DNA of 15,213 bases from Candidatus Geohabitans tengchongensis (GTDB lineage: Bacteria > Sysuimicrobiota > Sysuimicrobiia > Sysuimicrobiales > Humicultoraceae). This document shows, piece by piece, positions 1-8,018 of the stretch. Under the pieces are notes generated by a model, which saw only the letters and a program-made list of their open reading frames with translations, was not told the DNA's origin and searched no databases. The translations under genes and the position numbers were made by a program. The first letter of the stretch is position 1. The number at the start of each line of letters is the position of its first letter. The stretch is taken from contig JAVKIH010000040.1 of assembly GCA_031459625.1 (NCBI GenBank), positions 1 through 15,213 of the forward strand, read 5' to 3'.

Positions 1-99
1 CAGCGGCCACACCTGGGCTACCGCACCCAGGGGCGTCCGCCCGCAGCGCTCTTCTGGACCTCGCGATGGGGTGATTACCATGTCCAGGTCGCACCCTGA
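1..99 (+). CDS. IS481-family transposase, C-terminal 32 aa (partial)
   Basis: Manual translation QRPHLGYRTQGRPPAALF...VAP, TGA at 97-99; not in the ORF track. Confidence 0.75.
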   Translation, partial: QRPHLGYRTQGRPPAALFWTSRWGDYHVQVAP

Positions 100-127
100 T
101 GTGTGCACACCATTACGAAACTGGACA
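1..127 (+). mobile_element. Right end of an IS481-family insertion sequence (partial; runs off the left edge)
   Basis: Frame +1 from base 1 reads QRPHLGYRTQGRPPAALFWTSRWGDYHVQVAP*, resembling the RPHxGY..GRxP C-terminus of IS481-family transposases. It is followed by TGTGCACACCATTACGAAACTGGACA ending in ACA at 125-127 (IS481 elements have 5'-TGT...ACA-3' ends). Glycosylase homology starts abruptly right after. Confidence 0.8.
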
Positions 128-612
128 GCCTAGTGGGCCGCATCGTCGAGACCGAGGCCTACCGGGGCAGCGACGACCCGGCGAGCCACGCCTACCGCCT
201 CACGCCGCGCAGCCGCATCATGGCCGGTTCACCCGGGGTCGCCTACGTCTATTTCACCTACGGCAACCACTTCTGCCTGAACGTCGTGACCGAGCCGGAG
301 GGGGTGGCCGGGGCCGTGCTGCTGCGGGCGCTGGAACCCCTCGAGGGCCTCGAGGTGATGCGCGCCCGGCGCGGGCTCAGCCCCGCCGCGCCCGCGCACC
401 GCCTGGCCGCCGGTCCGGGCCGGCTCACCCAGGCCATGGGGATCACCCGCGCCCACAACGGCTGGGACCTGACTCGCCCGCCCCTCTACCTGGCACACGG
501 CCGCCCCGGCGTCCTCGTGGTCGCCAGCGGCCCGCGCATCGGCATCCGCGAGGGGCGCGACCGGCCCTGGCGCTTCTCCATCGCCGGGCACCCCTGCGTC
601 TCCCGGGCCTGA
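128..612 (+). pseudogene. mpg: DNA-3-methyladenine glycosylase (MPG/AAG family), 5'-truncated by IS insertion
   Basis: Motifs [62 protein letters not shown]. The usual N-terminal segment (FF.R...VA..LLG..L) is absent, and the first 8 codons of track ORF 103..612 lie within the IS end. Confidence 0.85.
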
Positions 613-630
613 GCGGCCCGCCCCGGCGCC

Positions 631-1515
631 ATGGACCTGGCCCTCTACCTCGCCCAGCAGCTCGTGAACGCCGTGACCCTCGGCTCGGTCTACGCGCTCA
701 GCGCCATCGGCCTCTCGCTGGTGTACGGGGTGCTCCGCCTGATCAACTTCGCCCACGGCGACCTGCTGGCCCTGGGCGCCTACGCCGCGCTGGCCCTGCT
801 GGCCGCGCCCCGCCTGCCCCTCGGGGCGGCGCTGCTCCTCCCCGTCGCCCTCGTCGGTGCGGTCGGCCTGGCCGTCGAGCGCGTCGCCTACCGTCCCATC
901 CGCCGCGCCCCGGAGGTGAACGCCCTCATCGTCAGCCTGGCCCTCTCGGTCATCGTCCAGAACCTGCTGGTGATGACGCTGACCGCGCAGCCGCGCCCCT
1001 TCCACCTGCCCCCGCAGCTCGCGGGGCTCCTCCTCCTGGGCGGGGTCGTCGTCAGCCGCATGGCCCTGTTCACCACCGCGCTGGCGGTCGGCCTCATGAC
1101 CGCGCTGCACCTCATGATCCGCCGCACCCGCGTCGGGACGGCCATCCGGGCCACCGCCGAGGACCGTGACGCCGCCGAGCTCATGGGGATCCCCACCGAC
1201 CGGGTCATCGGGTTCACCTTCGCGCTGGGCGCGGCGCTGGGCGGCTTCGCCGGCGTCATGCTGGGCGGACAGTACGGGCGCATCGACCCCTTCATGGGCT
1301 TCCTGCCCGGGCTGAAGGCCTTCGTGGCTGCTGTCCTCGGCGGGCTCGGCAGCGTCCCGGGCGCCATCCTGGGCGGGTACCTCCTCGGCTTCGGGGAGAT
1401 CCTCTTCGTCGGGCTGCTCCCGCCGGCGCTCTCCGGTTACCGCGACGCCTTCGTCTTCACGCTGCTCATCCTGATCCTGCTCCTGCGCCCCCAGGGGGTG
1501 CTGGCGGGGCGATGA
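631..1515 (+). CDS. livH: Branched-chain amino acid (HAAT) type ABC transporter permease, LivH-like
   Basis: Hydrophobic 294 aa; motifs GLSLVYGVLRLINFAHGD, GTAIRATAEDRDAAELMGI, AFVAAVLGGLGS, LLLRPQG. Confidence 0.93.
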   Translation: MDLALYLAQQLVNAVTLGSVYALSAIGLSLVYGVLRLINFAHGDLLALGAYAALALLAAPRLPLGAALLLPVALVGAVGLAVERVAYRPIRRAPEVNALIVSLALSVIVQNLLVMTLTAQPRPFHLPPQLAGLLLLGGVVVSRMALFTTALAVGLMTALHLMIRRTRVGTAIRATAEDRDAAELMGIPTDRVIGFTFALGAALGGFAGVMLGGQYGRIDPFMGFLPGLKAFVAAVLGGLGSVPGAILGGYLLGFGEILFVGLLPPALSGYRDAFVFTLLILILLLRPQGVLAGR

Positions 1516-2573
1516 GGGCGGCCGCGCTCCTGCGCGCCGGCGGGGTCGCCGCGGCGGCCGCCCTCCTGCTCCTCCTGGCGGAGCGCACCCTCAACGAGTA
1601 CCACCTGCGGCTGCTCAACGTCGTGGGCATCAACGTCATCCTGGCGACCAGCCTGAACCTGACCAACGGCTTCACCGGGATCTTCTCCCTGGGGCACGCG
1701 GGCTTCATGGCCGTGGGGGCGTACGCCGGGACCTTGCTCACCTTCCCGGTCGCGCGCAAGGCCATGCTGCAGCCCGACCTGCCGCGCTGGCTGGCGCAGG
1801 TGGAGTGGCCCTTCCTCCCGGCGCTCCTGGCCGGTGGGGCGCTGGCCGCCCTGGCCGCGGTAGCGGTGGGCTGGCCGGTGCTGCGCCTGCGCGGCCACTA
1901 CCTGGCGGTGGCCACCCTCGGCTTCATGGTGATCGTGCAGGTGCTGGCGACCAACCTCGACCGCTACACCCGCGGCGCGCTCGGCATCAACGGCATCCCG
2001 CCGTACACGACGCTGTGGTGGGTGGCGGCATGCATGGCCGCAACCCTCGTCGTCCTGCGGCACCTCCTGGGCAGCGGCGTGGGGCGGGCCCTGCGGGCGG
2101 TGCGGGACGACGACCTGGTGGCCCAGGCCCTCGGCATCCCGGTGGCGCGCTACCGCCTGGGGGCGCTGACGCTGGGGGCCTTCTTCGCCGGGGTAGCCGG
2201 GGTGCTGTGGGCCCACCTGATCACCGTGATCAGCCCCGGGGCCTTTTCCTTCTTGCTCACCTTCCAGATCGTGGTGATGGTAGTGGTGGGAGGGATGGGC
2301 AGTCTCAGCGGCTCGGTGGTGGCGGCGGTGCTCCTCACCCTGGTGCCGGAGGGGCTGCGCCGCCTGGAGCAGGGCGCCGTAGTGGCGGGGCTGACCATCC
2401 CGCCCCTCTTTGGGCTCAGCCAGATCGTGCTCGCCTGTGCACTGGTGCTCGTGATGATCTACCGGCCGGAGGGGTTGCTGGGGCAGGCCGAGGTGGGGTG
2501 GCGCCCCCTGCGCCACCTACGCGACCTGCGGCAGCGCCGCCTGCCGGCCCGGGAAGCCGAGGAGAGGGGTTAG
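1512..2573 (+). CDS. livM: HAAT-type ABC transporter permease, LivM-like
   Basis: ATGA overlap with livH; motifs GFTGIFSLGHAGF, LRLRGHYLAVATLGF, GRALRAVRDD, MVVVGGMGS, IYRPEGLLG. Confidence 0.93.
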   Translation: MRAAALLRAGGVAAAAALLLLLAERTLNEYHLRLLNVVGINVILATSLNLTNGFTGIFSLGHAGFMAVGAYAGTLLTFPVARKAMLQPDLPRWLAQVEWPFLPALLAGGALAALAAVAVGWPVLRLRGHYLAVATLGFMVIVQVLATNLDRYTRGALGINGIPPYTTLWWVAACMAATLVVLRHLLGSGVGRALRAVRDDDLVAQALGIPVARYRLGALTLGAFFAGVAGVLWAHLITVISPGAFSFLLTFQIVVMVVVGGMGSLSGSVVAAVLLTLVPEGLRRLEQGAVVAGLTIPPLFGLSQIVLACALVLVMIYRPEGLLGQAEVGWRPLRHLRDLRQRRLPAREAEERG

Positions 2574-2579
2574 AGCGGC

Positions 2580-3728
2580 ATGCGCACCGTCGTGCTCGTC
2601 CTGGCCTTGCTGGCCGTCCTGGTGGCCGGCCCCACCTGGGGGGCCGCGCAGCCCATCCCGATCGGGGCGCTGTACGGGATCACCGGCGGCATGTCCTCCA
2701 TCGACGCGCCCGGCGCCAACGGCATGCGCCTGGCGGCCAAGGAGATCAACGCCCGCGGCGGGGTGCTCGGGCGGCCCATGCGCCTGGTGGTGGAGGACGG
2801 GAAGACCGACCAGACCGTCACGACGAACGCCATGTCCCGCCTGATCAACGTGCACCGGGTGGTGGCCGTGGGCGGGCTCAACGACACCACCTTCGTGCTG
2901 GCCGCCGGGCCGATCGCCCAGAAGGCCCGCGTCCCCTTCGTCACCGCCGGCGCCACGGCCCCGCAGATCCCCGAGCAGGTGGGGGACTACATGTTCATGG
3001 CGCCCTTCGGGGACGACGCCCAGGCCTTCGTTGCGGCCGACTACGCCTACCGCACCCTCAATGCCCGCAGCGCCTGGATCCTCACCGACCAGGCCTACGA
3101 CTTCACCAAGACGCTCACCCGCTTCTTCAAGGAGCGGTGGACGAAGAACGGGGGCACGGTGGCGCTCGAGGACCAGTACCGCGGCGGGGACACCGACTTC
3201 TCGGCGCAGATCACCCGCCTGCGCGCCCAGCGGCCGGCGCCCGACCTGCTCTTCGTCTCCGCCGTGCCCAACGAGGCCGGGCTGATCATCAAGCAGATCC
3301 GCCAGGCCGGCATCCGCACCCCCATCGTCAGCGGGGACGGCTTCGACACGCCGCTCATCGTCTCGGTCCCCGGGCCCGAGCTCGCCGACAACGTCCACTT
3401 CACCACCCACGCCTACGTCCAGCCGGACAGCCCCAAGCCGGAGGTGCAGGCCTTCATCAAGGTGTACCGCGCGGAGTACAACCGCAACCCGGAGAACGCC
3501 TTCGCCGCGCTGGGCTACGACACGCTCTACCTGATCGTGGACGCCATCCGCCGGGCCGGCTCGACCGATCGGGCCAAGATCCGCGACGCCCTGGCGGCCA
3601 CCCGGGGCTTCAAGGGGGTCACCGGCACGATCACCTATGAAGGGGGCCGGCGGGTGCCGAAGAAGAGCGTGACGGTGATCAAGGTCACCCGGGGCAAGCT
3701 GGCGTTCGCCGCCGAGATCACCCCGTAG
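2580..3728 (+). CDS. HAAT/Liv-type ABC transporter substrate-binding protein
   Basis: N-terminal signal peptide; motifs IPIGALYGITG, AAKEINARGGVLGR, GDTDFSAQIT, AALGYD, FKGVTGTI, typical of LivJ/LivK-type binding proteins. SD-like GGAG/GAGGGG upstream. Confidence 0.92.
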   Translation: MRTVVLVLALLAVLVAGPTWGAAQPIPIGALYGITGGMSSIDAPGANGMRLAAKEINARGGVLGRPMRLVVEDGKTDQTVTTNAMSRLINVHRVVAVGGLNDTTFVLAAGPIAQKARVPFVTAGATAPQIPEQVGDYMFMAPFGDDAQAFVAADYAYRTLNARSAWILTDQAYDFTKTLTRFFKERWTKNGGTVALEDQYRGGDTDFSAQITRLRAQRPAPDLLFVSAVPNEAGLIIKQIRQAGIRTPIVSGDGFDTPLIVSVPGPELADNVHFTTHAYVQPDSPKPEVQAFIKVYRAEYNRNPENAFAALGYDTLYLIVDAIRRAGSTDRAKIRDALAATRGFKGVTGTITYEGGRRVPKKSVTVIKVTRGKLAFAAEITP

Positions 3729-3757
3729 CGCACCGCCGCGCGGGCAGGGAGCAGACG

Positions 3758-5107
3758 GTGGACGAGGCAGCGCGACAGGCGCTCGTCGAGCGGGCGCGGG
3801 CCGCCGGCATCCGGCTGGTGCGCGTGACCTACTGCGACAACGCCAACCTCATCCGGGCCAAGGCCACCCCGCTGGCGGGCCTGGACGGGGTCCTCCGCTA
3901 CGGGGTGGGCTTCAGCGTGGCCCAGCAGGCCCTCCCGATGCTGTACGACGCCGTCCTGCCCGATAGCGGGCTGGGGCCGGTGGGGGAGGTGTGGCTCGTT
4001 CCCGACCCGGCGACCTTCACCCCGCTCCCCTATGCGCCGCACAGCGCCATCGTGCTCGGCACCTTCCAGACCGAGGCCGGTACGCCCTGGGCGCACTGCC
4101 CCAGGGCGTGCCTGGCCCGGCAGGTGGCGCAGGCCGCCCAGGAGGGGCTGGAGGTGCGGGCCGCCTTCGAGCCGGAGTTCTACCTCCTCCGCTCGCGCGA
4201 CGGGCGCTACGAGCCCGTGGACCAGACCACGTTCGCCGTGGGCTACGCCTACGACTTGGCCGCGCCGTTCCTGGCCGAGCTGGTGGAGACGCTCGAGGCG
4301 ATGGGCCTGGGCGTCCACCTCCTCTACCCGGAGTCCGGGCCGGGCCAGTTCGAGGTGAGCATCCCCCACGCCCCGGCGCTGGCCGCCGCCGACCGTCACG
4401 TCCTGCTGCGGGAGGCGGTCCGCGGCGTCGCGGCCCGCCACGGACTGGCCGCCTCCTTCGCCCCCAAGCCCTTCCCCGACCGGGCCGGCAGCGGCGCCCA
4501 TCTGCACCTCAGCCTGTGGCGCGACGGGCGCAACGTGACGTACGACGAGGGCGATCCCCTGCGGTTGTCGACGCTCGCCTATGCCTTCATCGCCGGCCTG
4601 CTGCACCACCTCCCTGCGCTCGCGGCGCTCACCATCCCTTCCGTGAACTCTTATCGGCGCATCCGCCCCCATTTCTGGGCGGGGGCCTTCGCGGTCTACG
4701 GACCGGAGAACCGGGAGGCGGCCGTCCGGGTCATCACCCCGCGGCGGGGACCGGACGCGATGAACATCGAGCTCAAGACGGTGGACAGCAGCGCCAACCC
4801 CTACCTGGCCCTGGCCGGGGTGCTGGCGGCCGGGCTCGACGGGGTGCGGCGCGGGCTCCACCCGGGCGAGCCGGTGGAGGTGGACCCGGCCACGCTGCCG
4901 CCGGAAGAGCGGGAGCGGCGCGGGATCCGGCCGATCCCCGCCACCCTGGGCGACGCGCTGGCCGCGCTGGCGGACGACACCGTGCTGCGCGAGGCGCTCG
5001 GGGAGCCGCTGGCCCGCTCCTACATGGCCGTGCGGCGGGGGGAGTGGGAAGCGCTGCGCAACGCCTCCGCCGAGGCCGAGGCGGAGGCGCACCTCCTCAA
5101 GTACTGA
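3758..5107 (+). CDS. Glutamine synthetase-family protein, probable gamma-glutamyl-amine ligase (PuuA/GlnA3/FluG C-domain-like)
   Basis: GTG start with GGGAG SD; GS motifs FEPEFYL, ESGPGQFEV, FAPKPF..AGSGAHLHLSL, NSYRRI, ENREAAVRV, ELKTVDSSANPYLA. The flap region reads PHFWAG rather than PGYEAP. Confidence 0.9.
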   Translation: MDEAARQALVERARAAGIRLVRVTYCDNANLIRAKATPLAGLDGVLRYGVGFSVAQQALPMLYDAVLPDSGLGPVGEVWLVPDPATFTPLPYAPHSAIVLGTFQTEAGTPWAHCPRACLARQVAQAAQEGLEVRAAFEPEFYLLRSRDGRYEPVDQTTFAVGYAYDLAAPFLAELVETLEAMGLGVHLLYPESGPGQFEVSIPHAPALAAADRHVLLREAVRGVAARHGLAASFAPKPFPDRAGSGAHLHLSLWRDGRNVTYDEGDPLRLSTLAYAFIAGLLHHLPALAALTIPSVNSYRRIRPHFWAGAFAVYGPENREAAVRVITPRRGPDAMNIELKTVDSSANPYLALAGVLAAGLDGVRRGLHPGEPVEVDPATLPPEERERRGIRPIPATLGDALAALADDTVLREALGEPLARSYMAVRRGEWEALRNASAEAEAEAHLLKY

Positions 5108-5109
5108 GG

Positions 5110-6240
5110 GTGGCCGACCTCCCCTTCGCGGGCATCCCGCTGCTGGACCACCACGCTCACGCCTTCCTGCGCCGCCAGCCGGAGGACGCGGAGGGGTTCC
5201 GCGCCTGCTTCACCGAAGGCGACCTCCCCGAGATCGTTCGCCACCACGTCCCCTACACGCTCTTCTACCGCCGCGCGGTGCGCGACCTGGCGCACTTCTT
5301 CGGCTGCGCCCCCACGGAGGAGGCGGTGCTGGCCGCCCGGGCGGCCCTGCCCTTCGAGCACCGCGCCCGGGCGCTCCTCGCCGACGCGGGGCTGGCGGCG
5401 GTGCTGCTGGACCTCGGCTACCGGCCGGAGGCGTCCCTCACGCTGGAGGAGATGCGCGGGCTCCTGCCCCTGCCGCTGCGGCCGATCCTGCGCGTCGAGA
5501 CGGTGGCGGAGCGGCTCGTCCCGGACGCTCCCGACTGGCCGGCGCTGGAGGAGGCCTTCGATGCGGCCCTGCACCAGGCCGCGGACGAGGTGGTGGCCTT
5601 CAAGTCGATCATCGCCTACCGCTGCGGGCTGCAGGTGCGGTCGTGGCCGGCCGACGCGCGGGACGCCGCCCTGGCAGAGACGCGCGTGGCGTTCGCCGCC
5701 GGTCGGCGGCGCCTGGTCGCCCAGCCCGTGCTCGACACGCTCTTCCTGCGCACGCTGGCGGTGGCGGCCGAGCGGCGGCTGCCGGTTCAGGTCCACACCG
5801 GCTTCGGGGACCGCGACCTGGACCTGCGCCTGGCCAACCCGCTCCACCTGCGCCCGGTGCTGGAGGACGCCCGCTTCGCGCAGGTTCCCCTGGTGCTGCT
5901 GCACGCCCACCCGTACGTCGCCGAGGCGGCCTGGCTCGCTGCGGTCTACCCGCAGGTCTACCTGGACCTCTCGCTGACGGTCCCGTTCCTGGCCCACCGC
6001 GCCGCCCCGGCTATCGCCGAGGCGCTCGGGCTGGCGCCGGCGAGCAAGGTGATGCTGGCCACCGACGCCTTCTCCCTCCCCGAGCTGTACTGGGTGGCCG
6101 CACGTCACCTGCGCGAGGCCCTGGCCCGAGCACTGGACGAGGCGACGGGGGCGGGCTTCCTGGACGCGGACCGGGAGGAGGTGGCCCGCCTCCTGCTGCA
6201 CGACAACGCCGCCCGGGTGTATCGTGTGAGCCGTGAGTGA
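5110..6240 (+). CDS. Amidohydrolase-family protein (FluG/NodGS N-terminal domain-like)
   Basis: Probable GTG start at 5110, 2 nt after the GS stop and in frame with track ORF 3991..6240. Metal-site motifs DHHAH, AFKSIIAYRCGL, QVHTGFGDRDL, LLHAHPY, LATDAF. Confidence 0.88.
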   Translation: MADLPFAGIPLLDHHAHAFLRRQPEDAEGFRACFTEGDLPEIVRHHVPYTLFYRRAVRDLAHFFGCAPTEEAVLAARAALPFEHRARALLADAGLAAVLLDLGYRPEASLTLEEMRGLLPLPLRPILRVETVAERLVPDAPDWPALEEAFDAALHQAADEVVAFKSIIAYRCGLQVRSWPADARDAALAETRVAFAAGRRRLVAQPVLDTLFLRTLAVAAERRLPVQVHTGFGDRDLDLRLANPLHLRPVLEDARFAQVPLVLLHAHPYVAEAAWLAAVYPQVYLDLSLTVPFLAHRAAPAIAEALGLAPASKVMLATDAFSLPELYWVAARHLREALARALDEATGAGFLDADREEVARLLLHDNAARVYRVSRE

Positions 6241-6952
6241 CGGACGGCCGCGCGTCGGCATCACCTGGTCCACCGGTTCGGCGGAGGCTCTGGCCTGGTA
6301 CCGCGAGGCCGTGGCGGCCGGCGGCGGCGTACCGGTCGTGCTGCGCGTGGGAGAGGCCTCCCCCGCGGACGTGGACGAGGTGGAGGCCCTGGTGCTGGCC
6401 GGCGGCGGCGACATCGACCCGCGGCGCTACGGACAGGAAGTCGACCCCCGCGTGGCCGACACCCTGGAGGTGGACGAGCCGCGCGACGCCTTCGAGCTGG
6501 CGGTGGTGGCGCGCGCGCTCGACCGCGACCTGCCGGTGCTGGGGATCTGCCGCGGCGTGCAGCTCATCAACGTGGCCCTCGGCGGGACGCTGGTGCAGGA
6601 CCTCTCCCTGCTCGGCGTGGAGCGGGGGCGGCACAACCAGCGCGGGCGGCTGCAGATGTGGGAGGCCGCGCACGACGTGCGCGTCGCGGGGCACTCCGCG
6701 CTACGCCGGCTGCTGGGGGAGACGGTGGTGCCGGTGAACTCCTTCCACCACCAGGCGGTCGAGCGCCCGGCGCCGGAGCTGGCGGTGGTGGCGGAGGCGT
6801 TCGACGGGGTGGTCGAGGCGGTCGAGCACCCCGAGCGGCGCTTCCTGGTGGGCGTGCAGTGGCACCCGGAGCGCATGGTGCGCCACGCCCCGGCGCAGCG
6901 GCGGCTCTTCGAGGCGCTCGTCGCCGCGGCCACCGAATCCCGCGGCCGCTAA
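6233..6952 (+). CDS. Gamma-glutamyl-gamma-aminobutyrate hydrolase family protein (PuuD-like, peptidase C26, class I glutamine amidotransferase fold)
   Basis: Overlaps the upstream stop (GTGAGTGA); motifs LAGGGDIDP..YG, RDAFE, PVLGICRGVQLINVALGGTLVQD (catalytic Cys), VNSFHHQAV, GVQWHPE. Confidence 0.92.
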   Translation: MSDGRPRVGITWSTGSAEALAWYREAVAAGGGVPVVLRVGEASPADVDEVEALVLAGGGDIDPRRYGQEVDPRVADTLEVDEPRDAFELAVVARALDRDLPVLGICRGVQLINVALGGTLVQDLSLLGVERGRHNQRGRLQMWEAAHDVRVAGHSALRRLLGETVVPVNSFHHQAVERPAPELAVVAEAFDGVVEAVEHPERRFLVGVQWHPERMVRHAPAQRRLFEALVAAATESRGR

Positions 6953-6991
6953 TCCGCCCCCTGGCCCGGTGCCGCCGCTTTGGGCACGGCG

Positions 6992-7975
6992 CTACGGCTG
7001 CACCGCCCGGGGACACCCCACAGCCTGGAGGCGCGCGAGCGCCTGCCGCGCCTCCGGCCGGCCCGGCTCGAGCTGCAGGACGCGTTCCCACTGTTGCTGT
7101 GCGGCCGCGGCATCGCCCAGCAGGCAGCAGACGCGGGCCAACTGGAGGCGCGCCTCCACCGCCAGCGGGACGATCACGTCGACGTTGATGTCCACAGCCT
7201 CCTCCAGGACCTGCCGGGCCTCAGCCAGGCGCCCGACCGTCATGTAGAGTCCTGCCAGCGCCAGGCGGAAGCGCACGCGCTCCTCCCGCAGGACCGCGGC
7301 GGCGATGCGGTATCGCTCATCGTAGAGGGCGATGAGGTGCCGGTAGTGGAGGATCTCCGCCTCGACCGGGCGCCCCAGGCGCCGGTAGACCTCCTGGAGG
7401 GCCTCCAGGGCTTCGACATCGAGCGGACGCAGGTCGAAGAGGCGCTGCAGGACGCGCCGCGCGCGCTCCAGCTCGCCGCGCTGCAGGAAGGCGATGCCGA
7501 CCTGGCGGAAGCGGTCGAGGGTCCCCGCGTCGTAGTAGCCCAGGGCGATGGTGTGGGTGTACTCGACCTCGGCCCGGTCCAGGTCCCCCTGGGCCAGGTA
7601 CGCGTCGGCCAGGCCCTGGTGGATTGGGGTCTGCAACCCGTGTGCGGCTACACGGGCGTACAGCTCGCGGGCCTCCTGGAGGAGGCCCTTGCGGACATAC
7701 GCGATCCCCAGGTAGTCGAGGACGAGGACGCTGGCGGGGGCGATCTCGGCGGCCGTGCGGAAGGCCTCCATCGCCGCATCCACCTGCCCCGCCTCCAGCA
7801 GGCACCGGCCCAGGGCGATCCAGTCGTACTCGTCCGCGCCGGAGGCGGAGGCATCCCGACGCTCCTGGGCGCATGGCTCCTGGGCGGCGAGGCGCTGGGC
7901 GGCCTGCGGGTGGAGCACGGCCGCAGCGAGGAGCGCGATTAGGATCGGCGGAGGGATGTGGAGGCGGAAGCGCAC
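6992..7975 (-). CDS. Tetratricopeptide-repeat protein with predicted signal peptide
   Basis: Probable GTG start at 7975 with a GGGGGTGG SD-like element upstream; hydrophobic N-terminus (ILIALLAAAVL). Repeated TPR-like helices: WIALGRCLLEAGQVDAAMEAFRTAAEIAP, LADAYLAQGDLDRAEVEY, AQQQWERVLQLEPGRPEARQAL. The upstream part of track ORF 6992..8386 is antisense to the next gene. Confidence 0.82.
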   Translation of the reverse strand: MRFRLHIPPPILIALLAAAVLHPQAAQRLAAQEPCAQERRDASASGADEYDWIALGRCLLEAGQVDAAMEAFRTAAEIAPASVLVLDYLGIAYVRKGLLQEARELYARVAAHGLQTPIHQGLADAYLAQGDLDRAEVEYTHTIALGYYDAGTLDRFRQVGIAFLQRGELERARRVLQRLFDLRPLDVEALEALQEVYRRLGRPVEAEILHYRHLIALYDERYRIAAAVLREERVRFRLALAGLYMTVGRLAEARQVLEEAVDINVDVIVPLAVEARLQLARVCCLLGDAAAAQQQWERVLQLEPGRPEARQALARLQAVGCPRAVQP

Positions 7976-8005
7976 CGCGCCCACCCCCTGCAGGGATCCT
8001 GACCC

Positions 8006-8012
8006 TATAATA
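8006..8012. promoter_or_regulatory. Overlapping divergent -10 elements: TATAAT (+, 8006-8011) and TATTAT (-, 8012-8007)
   Basis: Only AT-rich patch in a 43-bp gap between divergent starts; perfect TATAAT lies 7 nt before ATG 8019. Confidence 0.7.
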
Positions 8013-8018
8013 ATGAGA

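Noticed and set aside
103..127. MHTITKLD as the native N-terminus of the glycosylase
   Set aside because: These codons lie in the predicted IS481 terminal repeat and do not resemble MPG N-termini.
80..133. 17-codon ORF (ATG 80 to TAG 133) with an SD-like GGGGTGA, and a 7-bp inverted repeat TGTCCAG (81-87) / CTGGACA (121-127)
   Set aside because: Too short to support as a gene or MITE. It overlaps the transposase tail and may be chance or an internal transposase-binding repeat.
3991..6240. 749-aa ORF suggesting a long protein or a GS-amidohydrolase frameshift fusion
   Set aside because: The first 373 codons are low-complexity shadow of the GS gene. The GS has a normal C-terminus (LLKY*) and the amidohydrolase has its own GTG at 5110; no slippery sequence is evident.
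6953..6991. Possible bidirectional terminator between the convergent PuuD-like and TPR genes (GTGCC...GGCAC)
   Set aside because: The stem is short and there is no flanking U-tract on either strand, so support is insufficient.
7755..8018. Extended N-terminus of the metalloenzyme given by the track (start 7755); the same applies to mutS2 (8990) and the TPR ORF (8386)
   Set aside because: The extensions overlap neighbouring genes. Family homology begins at MRVCVIFLDG (8019) and MDERTLRVLE (9032), and the signal-like sequence of the TPR protein begins at 7975.
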